The position numbers and the translations under genes are program-made. Under the pieces are notes generated by a model. It did no database searches and had not been told where the DNA came from. It saw nothing but the letters and a program-made list of their open reading frames with translations. Positions 14,301-26,300 of a stretch of 64,000 bases of DNA are shown here, piece after piece. Where the stretch lies: positions 3,844,001 to 3,908,000 of the forward strand of contig CM106586.1 in the NCBI GenBank assembly GCA_048013815.1, given 5' to 3'. The stretch is from Setoptus koraiensis. Taxonomy: Eukaryota; Animalia; Arthropoda. Position 1 is the first letter of the stretch, and each line of letters begins with the position of its first letter.

Positions 14301-17300
14301 GTGAAAGTTTCAGCTTGTGCCCATTATCGCGTTCGCCACAACGACAATTATCTCGCTGTTATGTGTCGCCGATGAACAGTTGAAACTTGGTAAAAATCAT
14401 AGGTCAGTGTGATCTCTATGCCAGTGATTGCTCGACTGCTAAAAATATTATTGGTTGCCTTTGATGACCACATTGCCCTGTGTACTAGTGTACTACTACT
14501 AGTTAAGAACGGTGCTTGGCACTGTTCGGCCCCATTTGAGCCAGCCGTATGATACTGGCAACCGCGATCGTGTCATTCAACTGTCACCTGTGGTCGGTGG
14601 CTATTGTTTTGCTGCTGATATTTGCATACTAACTTCACTGATGAGACCGTTCATCATGTGAATCGTTTCAATAATCACTACCTATGCATAGCTATCGATC
14701 GATACGTGCACAATGGCCAGCCGATTCTCAACTCGTGCCCAGTGAATATTGAACAGATAATATTGATCCGGTACTATCCACAGCATCTAGGCTGCGCTCG
14801 CCACAAACCCACTAAAAGTTGTTTGCGTAAGCCCACCAGTGGGACCTTTGCAACGGTTTGCAAAAGCAAAGCAAAGAATTCGCTCAACTCTGGCCAGCAC
14901 ACAGCAACCATGCCAGGTATGGTCTATCCAAAACATGATAATCTGTCAGAATGATCATGTCTATCAGTATGTTCGCGCTGACAAGTGGGCCAGAGCGTAT
15001 TGTCGTGTGGCCGCTGGGTAGCTTTTGTACCAGTGGCAGACAAGTAGTGGGAGTTGGGGTTTTATCCTCGCTCTATCAAGAATCTGCACACTCGCAATGC
15101 ACACAACAAAGCAAAACAAAACACTAGCAAATGTCAAAATCATGCACATATGTATATCCAATGCCATTATTGAAACTGTCAGTTTGCCATCAGACATACA
15201 TAAAAAATCACTTAAATGAACGCTCGATCATAGCTACAGGCCCTACAAAACAATGAGATTTCATACTCAAGAACCCAACACACAAGCCGCTGGATATATC
15301 AAGATAGCCGAGGCAGGATATGGCCAAATGGCTCGATTTGTATTAAACACAATCGATAGCGCATTTGTTTGTAGCTCTCGAATGAAAACTGCCACGAAAA
15401 CTAACAAGAGGTTTTCAACTTTCGCGTCCGTCTAGTCCATTTGCTTGCATAATTCACTGGAACGAGAGAAACAAAATCAAATGCAAACATATACAGTGTG
15501 GGTCTTCCCTTGGGTACGAGCCTGTCATCAGAATGGTGAATAATACTCGCTAATCCGCGCGTTATGCAAACTACAAATGCGAATTGCATTTATCCGCTTG
15601 TGAGCACACACATTTGTGGGCCCCTTTTGGCCTCGTTTGCGTCCCCCCGTTGGCCATATAGTATTTGCTTATACATGTGGTATGGCTTATGTAGCTGGCT
15701 AATACCGATGGCCAGTTGAATATGGTCATATTTTCATTTCAGCGGCCTGGGCGCTCCAGCAATCCAAAGTCGTCATTATCATTGGCGGCGTGCATATCGC
15801 TGCTGGCCAATGCAAGTATCGATGAGCCACCGAAATCTTGCAATTAAATTAGCTTAGTGACTTTACTATCATGCCACAACATGCACTGCATGGTGGATTG
15901 GTCACCCTGTCATTGTGGTGTACGTGTTATACGAGGCATGAAATTTGCCCTGACACCTGATTTATTTTTGCCTGACCAACTTTTATTCCTGTGTTCGTTT
16001 GGCCACTGGGCCCGGGAGCCCCCTGTTAAGGGGACGGCCTGTTAAGAGAGACGCTCAGCGACGGCTGGTCACTCAGAGATAATCAGTTTGTGATGGGCGT
16101 CTTTTTCATTCATTTTGCTACGAGGGATATAAGAGGTTTGCGAGGTTTTTGTCAGAGGGCAGAGGATGTTGCAAGCGACGCTCTGAGTCGGATAGACTAT
16201 CCGGCCAAGCAAATGGCGCCAAACAGGCGCTAGAAAGTAATCTGGCCTTAACTGTTCAGGAGGAGTTGTAAAATTTACGACTTTTTGAGTTTATACTGGA
16301 GCCTAAGCACGACAATATATTATATTGTTTTATCTTTCTTCGATCTGGCCATCCTATAATTTGTTGGGTGCGTGTGTCGCATTTTGCTAAATTCACGCAG
16401 ACACTCACAAGAATAAGTGATTGTTCTCCTGAGAGGACACAAAGAAACATATTCGAGGTCTCGTCTCTGATAGAATACTGAACAACGGATCCAGTCGGCA
16501 TCTAGACCGCGCCACGATGAACTTGCGCGCCGGTGTTGGCGGGCCCCAAAGTGGCTCTCATCACCGGCAGCCGCTGTATCGGTGTGTGTGTGTGTGTGAA
16601 ATTTTTGAATACCGTCAGTTGTAGCCGGCGAACGAGCTGGTGCCCAGAACTGGCGCCCGCAACTGGCTACCTCGGTGCAGCCGGCCTCTATCCAGCGAAT
16701 CTAGTTCAGGTTTTATTTTGGGTGAACTAGTTTAGTATTTGGTAATCATTGTGTGTCCTATACCAGGTGAATCGTGTTTAGTTGCGTGTGTATGTGTGTG
16801 TGTGTGATTTCGAGTGGATAGCCTCCGATGGCTGTCGTTGAGACTGACGTTTATGTGTGTGTGACTGTGTTTGCAACTAGTCGCCAGTTGGGCCAGATAG
16901 ACGAGATAGGCCGGTCTGAGAAACGTTGAGAGCTTTATAAGTAGCATTATCTAGAATGGCAAGTCGTTGCCGCGAGAGGAAGGCGGCATTAAATCATTTG
17001 ACATTTTCAACCTACTACCAGACGCGGTACCAGACGCCGCACCAGACGCGCCACCAGACGCAGCACCAGAAATGAGGGGGGAGCAAGACTCGGCAACTAG
17101 GAGACAGGCTGTTACAGTTGCGTTGATATCTGATTCGCACTTACCTCTCGCGCTCTCGCTCTCCCTCTATGTGATGAGTGGTGATTTAGAGTCCGCCAAT
17201 GTTCTTTTCGACGGTTTTGTTTTAACTGTTGTTCAACTCAACTAGCTGAAATTTCCAATTTGATTAATGCCTGCTTTATAAGTTTGCTCTCTTGTTTTCT

Positions 17301-20300
17301 GGCACTCACTTAGATAACACCACTAATGTTGTCGTGCGTTCGGTCTAACGAGCCAGCCAGCCTGCCAGACAACCAACCAATAGTAGCTGCGCTATGGCCA
17401 GATGTATTTCACCACTTACATGCCATGACAATATTGGGGGAGTGAGAGCTGGGGCCTCCTTCTCTCTCTCTCTCTCCCTTGCGCTCGCTCTCATCTCATC
17501 CGAAAACAACGGCACGTCTACCACAATAATAGCAGGTGTAAACAAAGCAAGCATCTTTCTTTTTCTGCCATACTATGCACGAGTTTGTATGCTGGGCACA
17601 CACGTACACTCAATCCTGTTTAGATCGGCAAGCAAGGAACAGCTTGCCAAGTTAAATGGTTGCTCCGGTAGTCGCCTGACTGAATAGCACGTGAAATAGC
17701 ACGTCTTCCACATTCACTCTTTGAATACAATCCATTAACTAATATGTTAGGTAACGGTTGACGGCACGGCACCAATTGGTTTTGATTGGTCCCAGGCTTG
17801 ATTGTCCTAGTTGTCTCCCACAAAACCTTCAATGAATTGGACATTCAATAGACATTTCTTCTGCCAGGTCCAGCATAAGCACATTGCCCACCATGGAGCG
17901 CCACTATGGCCTACTCAGCTAAAGCTCCAACATTGCGTGAGACCTAAATTGTGCATAATCAATTCCCAATTCCCCTTTCTGAACAGTGATTAAGGTTTTG
18001 CGTGGCTTGCAACATCCTAGCAAACAATGATTTGAATGGATTAGTCCTCTCAGAAGGGTACGTTATCGCTGCCACGTCTTCATCATACCAATATACATCG
18101 CAACATCTGATCGATAAAATTATGATTGCTGTAATGAACCAATGGCTCTGATCGAGCAGCATTCTTGATTCGGTTCTCGATAAATCAATTCTTATGAATT
18201 TCATCTACTTCCTGTCCGAATTTTCGCGTTCGAATGTTCAATTGGAGGAGTAAATCAATGAATGACGCGCTTGCTGGTCTATTCGATGCACGAAAAAATT
18301 CGAAGCAATTCCTAGAACAGCTTATCTTGTTATCTAGTTAAGACTCTATCTATAGTGCAGTGGGTAGTAGTAATTTGAATTTTCAGCATCATCCCAATAA
18401 TTATATTTACTTGTTATTCGCAAAGTTTCCAACTCCTCGCAGCTCGTACTGTTCTCGTGTACTGTTCTATAAAATAGTATTCAGATCAGCCTCAAAACAA
18501 GTCCACTTTCTCCCCGCTCTTGATTAGATTACAGCTATTGCAATGTAGCTCGACCCTCACACGTTCATGGACGAACCTACGTTGATAGATCTCATCTGAT
18601 CTAAACTAGAACAAGCACTACCTTATAAATGAAGATTAGCAATCTTGAGTGATGCCCACAGTCATGGCTTGCCGGCTTGCAAGACAGACAATTAAATTAC
18701 AATCAGTATTAATACAAGATCTGGAATGGTTCTAGCTAGATATTGTTATTTTGACAAATGTACAATTGCACAATTTGTTGTATAGATCAAGATCATACCA
18801 GATAGCTCTTTCCGCCATGAACTCAGAAAACTTGAGTGCCCCGAATTCATGCACTAAACCAATTAATTAAATTGCTCAGCAAGCATAAATTGCATATAGT
18901 TGCTGGTTGAACTGACCTAGATATGCCTAATTGATGCAACTGATGCATCTAATTGAGCAAGTCAGACGTTCTCTTACTGACAAGTTTCGAGGCAGCCAAT
19001 CTTCGAATAGTAATAACAATGGTGAGGCAACACACACATGGTTGTCACCATGTGTGTTCGTCTTCTATAGTGACATCGATGTCGTGAAGAGTTGAATACG
19101 TCGAAGACTGTATAATCTACGTATGCTCTTTTTTCCCAGTTCGTGACACTTGAATCTGATGTCCAATCAGCATGATATGAGGCAGCATTCGTTGATTATC
19201 TAATTCGACTGATATGCCAATATTCTTCGAATTAGTCCAAATCAGTGAGATGCCATCTTGGTTAATCATCGCCATTTATAGTCATAACGCTGGGTTGTAG
19301 CGATGCTTGCCAAATATTTACCTTTTTCGTGCGACTTTAGAGCTGTTACCCATCGTGGCCGAACGGCATCTACTAAAGTTGGCTTAAAGATCATGTCTAG
19401 TTATGAAATGAAATATCGCTCCACCATTTAAGATAACATCATTGTGTGAAAGCAAAGCAACCATATGATTTGGAAAACAAATGCAGATCTCTTTATCTTA
19501 AACAATATACCAGCAGCATATTGTGCCACCTATTCCATATGTAAGTTTCCTACGAAATTCTCTCTTGCTTGTGATAATCATTAAGTCTGGTCTTGTTGTT
19601 TGGATTCTTTATTAACGTCCACCCTGGTCTCATAATAGGAAATTTCGTCGACCCATTGCCGGCACGATATTTAGCTAAATCACAAAAGCTAATCTCAATC
19701 TGCTATCTCTCACTTAAGAAGATGAACCGAACTTGCTTTAGCTTTGAGCCTGGAGGCTAAAATCAATCTAATTCTAAATGGAGCAAAACCATTGTTCGTT
19801 CTTTGTTGTTATGTCGCCAATGTTGTCCAAGATGACAACCATCATTGCCGCCGAAGCCATTATTTTATGACAAAGACAATCTTGATCATTCTTCATTGTT
19901 GAACTACCCTTCCTGCCAAGTCGAGAAATTCATGATAGAGTGAGAGTAACTCAGTGTAGGCTACCCCTCTATTTATAATGGATGTCTCCATGAAATTCCA
20001 TCTATTCTAGTGCTCCATCGAATAACTTTGTTGAGTTACTTAAAGTTTCAGAGCTAACAGTCATCTAACTCTCTACAATCTGGACCATTTCTTGTACTAG
20101 CTTAAGCGTTATAGAAGACACGCGTCGAAAGTTATTATATGTCCCAGTTTCCAGCAAATATCTAGTAACATCTTCCTCAGTTAGTGTCCAACGTGTCCGA
20201 AGAGCTAACATGATTACCATTGTGGTATCCACTGAGCTAGTGAAAATTTAGTTTGGTTAGTGAGTGGTCAGATTACAAGAGAACTAGATCTACTAGATTT

Positions 20301-23300
20301 GATTGATGACATTTCAATCGCTAGTTATCATATCCGTGATGTCAGACTATTGAATTATTTCAGAACTACGCCACTACACATGTAATATCTGTTAATGTTG
20401 TTTCAGCATCTCTTAGTTGGTAGTAATTTGAATTGTATGTTTCATTGGTGCTGATCCAATCGTATGCAGACTATGAGAACATTCGTTCTGGCGTGATTAG
20501 TTTCGATATTCTGAAGATGCTCCCTGCTGATCTATCTTATGTTCGGCTCGAATGGCAATGGTATGGGAGAGGGTTCATTTTTTTCCGCTAACACATTCGA
20601 ATTGGGATGAGCATAAGCTGAACTGATTTAGCTTAGTGACGAACGTTTAAACGTACAGTCTAAAGTATAATCTCTTGTTTGTGATACAGACAAATAATTG
20701 AATTTAATCCTTATCTGCACAAAGCTTCTATCTATAGTCAATATGATGGACGATATGGCGAGCCCCTAGGCTTGATTTATGAATACGATGTATTATCTGT
20801 CGCAAAAGAGTATCAACCTAGAATGTTTTAAAATGCTAGTTACAGGACGAATTTAGCCCGCGCACCAATCCTGTAACAACTATTTAGAAACATCCAGAAA
20901 AACTATGCATGGTAAAACAATCTCTTCAGTAACAACAGATGATTTATCATGTAATACTTATCAACTGGATTTAAATGCTCATTGTAAACATTATTTTGGG
21001 CCGCTTTGGTGAGCCGTTAGTTTGTTCATATGTTACAAAACATTAATCGAGCTACATTTACTGGCATTTATGATCATTATGTGCACGTGCATCATTCTAT
21101 TGTTATTCATTGATCTCTGGATATTTCCTGATATTGTTTTGAGGTACGAAATTGTCGCGAGATCCGCTTTGACTGACAGACGAGCGTCTGGCTGGCTTAT
21201 CTATTTGATGCCGCGGGCCTCTTACAATGTTAGCCTTTGCGGACTTTTCTTGACAAGCAGCAACTTTTTTTTTGCCGAGCTTGGTAGCTGCACCACTGCA
21301 TTGCATGCCTGCTATTTATGATATGCATAATAGATGGTCTTTAGGACAAATTGATATATGTCTTATCTCCTTTGTTGGCCCATTAGAAATGTTAGCACTA
21401 GTTGCCATTGGACATGCTAGGGCACTACCATGTGAAATACTGTTTCTAGCGGGCATTGTATGGGAGAAAAGTAAATAAGATACAATATAATATTCAGTTA
21501 TGGTGAATTATGATTCATGATAGACGTTGCCAGATATTAAACAGTGAGGAAATAAATCAATATTGGTTCGCTCTGTGATTTGTCTACCCAATTAGTATTG
21601 TGTGTATTGCATGACGAGATGCGCGTTTTATCCAGCGGCGACCGTTGCAATCGATCAGCGATGTCGATCGCCGGAATCGATGTCAACCATTCCAACTCTT
21701 GTCCCTATTGACTGCGCCACCGATTTGTGGTGGCTGTTTCCCCCAGCGCCCACCTTACAGTGTGTCTGCGTAACGTGCCTACTCAATGGCACGATCCGGG
21801 GGACAGAACTTTACTGCGTGCGCGACACTGCTTGAATAATTTAATGTCATTTGTAAATATAAGCTGCAATTTGTTATCTACAATAATTCGTGTGCTGCGT
21901 ACACTCATGTTGTGCAGTGCGCGCACTTGTATTAGCGTATCCCCCCCCCCTGTGTTACGCCAATATAAACTCGCTCGCCCATCATTGATATCTCTTGACC
22001 TTGCCCCCCTCCCTTGCCCCTTCCCTTGCCCCTTACCCATTTGCCCGTTCACCCTTTGCCCATCCGTCAATATGAAAACGTTGTCATATCAAAAATGTTT
22101 GAGGCGACCATTGCCCAAATTATTTTCCTTGACCTTCTCTTCTATTTTCAATATTCTTCTCGCCCGATGTATCAATTATCTTAATTACTATTGCTTGCGA
22201 CCAACACGTGGTTTGAGCGAATCTCAATGATTGCCATCTTAATTAATTGCATCACATTAGGATTGTATCAACCTTGTGCTGACGACTATTGCATATCCAA
22301 CAGGTAAGCGCAATCAAGTCTATTCAACGATGATGCCAGTCATTCATCTATTAATTGACCATTAATCAAACTACATTCGTATCCATTGAAAATGACCCAT
22401 CTCAAACCACCAAAAGGTGTCAACTGCTAAAGTCCTTCGACCACGTGATATTCATATTCTTTCTAATGGAAATGCTCGTAAAAATGATAGCTATGGGCAT
22501 ATCCAACGCTCCACAAGCCTACCTGGCCGATTATTGGAACAGATTGGACTTTTTTATTGTGATAGCCGGCGGACTAGAGTATACACTTGACATCGGAAAT
22601 GTTAATTTATCTGCCATTAGAACTGTTAGAGTTTTACGACCATTGAGAGCCATCAATAGGATTCCAAGTGAGTCCCAAGACACCAAATTTCATCCACACT
22701 CTTCATTCTTTTTGCACTGGTACTTTCTATTTAAAACTCAACTTCCATTTCGTCTCTTTATAGGTATGAGGATACTGGTTACCCTCTTATTAGACACGCT
22801 ACCCATGTTAGGCAATGTTCTTTTACTGTGTTTTTTTGTCTTTTTCATCTTCGGTGAGCATCAACTATACAATCCTATAATCATCCTTCAAAAAAAAAAC
22901 TCTTAAAGATAGATTAGGTTAAACATAACTATATTTAATCACAGGTATTATTGGAGTCCAACTTTGGTCGGGTCTTCTAAGGCAACGGTGCTTCATCAAG
23001 CTTCCCTTCAACATGACCAAGCCAAGCTATGTGCCAGCCTACTATCATCTACCTAACAGTGATAAAGAATACCTATGTAGTACTGCCAAAGATAATGGTC
23101 TTCATCGGTGCCAGGATTTAGCGCCTTTGCGCTCAAGTGATACCAACACCTTCTGCCAAATACCTCTACCCCAAGACTGGAGACCATCTCAGAAACCTTC
23201 CAAAATCAAAGAGCCAATCTATAGTGATTACTACGGAGAGAAACCTCCACCTTATGATCTAGTTCCTGGGGATGAAGGGAGTCCATTCTTAGTGTCTCAA

Positions 23301-26300
23301 CTTTCTCCTCTGATTGCTCAATCAGTATATCAGCCAGCCTTCGCACCGTGGAATCATGATTCATTGCCAACCATCAGAAATAAGAGAAGCTCCGTACAAT
23401 CAACATTTGGATCAAAACATGTTATTAACGACTCGGAAATTCTTCAAAATACTTCTCACTCTCAAGGCAGAGACACATTTCCTGTTAACGTCACAAGTTT
23501 ACCAAATCACCCAAAACATTCCCACAAAAGATTCCATCATAGACGTTTGCACAACTCGCACAAAATGAATGAGGCAGACGATATCAAGCTCTCCAATAGC
23601 ACTAATGCTACTTCAGGTGGACAAACATTGAGGAAAAAGCTGTTATTTGACTCCAATAAATCTAAAAAAATGATTGAAACCAACGAAAATAGTGATGAAT
23701 TCAACAAGAAAATCAACCAAAAGATCGACCAAAGAAAACAGCAGGCCTCTCTGATAGTAAAAACGAAGGCTAAAAAATCATGTATCAACTGGAACCAGTT
23801 TTACACAGAGTGTAAGGCTGGCAATAATAACCCGTTCCAAGGTACAATATCGTTCGACAATGTCGGCATGGCATGGACTACAATATTCTTGGTGATAAGC
23901 TTAGAGGGGTGGTCGGACATAATGTACCTACTTCAAGATATACATTCATTTTGGGTTTGGACGTATTTTGTCCTGCTCATAGTGATCGGTTCTTTCTTCA
24001 TGATTAATCTATGCCTTGTTGTCATTGCCACCCAATTTTCAGCTACCAAGAAACGTGAGATGGAAAGAATGCGCCAGGAGCGCCTAAAGTTTTCTTCCAC
24101 TTCAACATTAACTGCTGGTAGCGAATCAGCTAACTGTTATACTGAGATCGTAAAATATTTAGCTCATCTTTTGCGACATGCTAAACGTAATTTCATTAAT
24201 TGGCTCATAATGAGGAAGAAGCGCAAGATTCGCAAAGAGAGATCTAAGTTGCGACGAGAGCAACGTCTAGAGCAACGTCGAAAATCTGCTGGACAACGAG
24301 CCAGTGATAAAGAGCATGAGTCGATGAAAAAGCACCGCGAAAGTAGCAGAATTTATGATGCAGCATCAAGCACTCGTCAAAAGAGAGACGGGTCAACGAG
24401 GGGATCGACTAACCTATCACCTCGGATTGAATATAGTCAATCTATACCATCTGAGCAACTTCTGCGCCAATCAGTCAGCGAGGCACGATCGCCTGTGAAT
24501 TCAGATCTCGTCCTTGCCAATGCCATATCATCAACTTCATCCCTAGTAGTATCACATTCTAAAACTAATCCGACTCCCGTTTCGCTTGAGGAACTAGAAC
24601 ATTGTGAATGTTATAAGTACAAAAACTTAATGCCAGTTCAGAGAAGTACTTCCAATTCCGAAGATATGTCACGAACGAAAGTAGCCATCGAATGTGTGGC
24701 AACAGATCCAAGTTTTATTCCGAAATCCAAATCTTCTGTTCTTGTGTCAGAGACAGCATCGTCAGTTGATGCAATGAATGATCATATAAACAAAGGTGCC
24801 GACAATTTAAAAACTTCTAATATAAAACATACAGAGAACTCTGCACAACAGATATCCTTAGAAATTAACCAATCTCGATCTAATTCAAAATTGTCAAGTT
24901 CGCACGACTCAAGACCGAACCATCGAGTTAATCAGACCCACCTGATCATCCAGACTGCCAAAAAGCGTGTCCATCTAAACAAAAATGGTCGTAAGCTGAT
25001 GGGGAACTCATTGTCCTCTTCACCCCCATCATCTTTTTCATCATCCAGTTCTGTGAGCTCCTCAGCTAGCACTTCCTCATCAACTCCGAGATCAATTCTA
25101 TCCGTTGCTACTGTCATTGAAACCGAGAACAATGGAAATAGAATTGAGAATCGCGATATGAAAATAGCAATTCCCAAGGCAAATGATCCAGGTGCAATCA
25201 CACACAATACGACCGGAAATCGTCTTGTGCCAACTTCTAGTCAAGAGTTGCAGAACTACGATAACCAGATATTATACCATAACAATATACAGAATAAAGG
25301 ACATCCGAATAAAACTTCAAATCACAAAACCGCTTCGAGAGAAGCGAATGATGCCTCGAGCAATGATGTTGGGACTTCAACGTTAGCCACAGTGTGTGTT
25401 CATCAACAAAATGTTGTATCGAAATCTGAAAAGTCTACAAATGTTACACCCACAGCTAAAGAGTGTTTACACCCGACACAATTGTTAGAAGAACAATCTA
25501 AGATTCCCTTTCCATGCTGTCAGTCCGAACGCAAAACTACAACTCAAAGTAATACCAACTTGATACAAGTTGATCAGTTGGTTAACAAAGAAAATGATAA
25601 ATTCAGCATCAAAGAACAGGGGGTTCAGATTAACACAGATAAAAAAGAAGCTATAGACACTCATAAGGCTGAAAAAGATGATCATCAGTCTGCTGAATCT
25701 CAAATGGTCAATGATCAAGACGATTTTTCGGTAACCGTTGAGGGTTTTCACAATAAAAAGCTCGTCAAGGCATGCGATATCGACCTGGTCGAAGGGCTGG
25801 ATGCAGGGGATGACTTACCTACTATCGATAGAAAGAACAAAAAAATTAGAAAGAAGCCTTGCGGATCAAACTCAATGTGCCAAAAGCACTATGCTTCTGA
25901 ACCGTTGGAGCCTAGTTCAAAGAAAACAGAGAATAAAAAACCAATCTCAATTATCTCTCAACAGGATCAGGGGCTTTCCAAAGAACTTCAGTGCGCTAAT
26001 AAGATTCCCGATGAAATTGCTTCCATAAATAGACACATCTTCAGTCAAGTAAATGTCGATGAACGTGCACGATCCACGGAAAATAGAGACACCCCTTCCG
26101 AGAGCTTACAACAATCTGGCATCAATAATGATGCACATATACAATCATGTAAGTCATCGAGGATTGTTTTTGAACCATCTTGCAGCAGTAGAAATGATAA
26201 CTCCAACCAACAAGGAACATTTCATGGTGATAACGGGATGCAAATTGGTCAACCAGATAATAATAATGGTAATAATGGTGATAAGTTTAATCCACCCAAT

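Larger units (their letters stand above)
1028..22207 (+). other. U12-type (minor spliceosome) AT-AC intron, 21,180 nt
   Basis: 5' end ATATCCTG (U12 consensus RTATCCTT) and 3' end ...CCAACAC. Joining AA|G gives AAG and restores SNK-WFERISM. A branch-point-like TATCTTAAT lies at about 22177-22185. Confidence 0.85.

Noticed and set aside
1559-17993. More than 100 short overlapping ORFs in the Cav3 intron (e.g. 12775-13470, 2321-2881, 9393-9908)
   Set aside because: Low-complexity R/A/G/P-rich translations on all frames with no recognisable domains, as expected from GC-rich, stop-poor and repetitive DNA.
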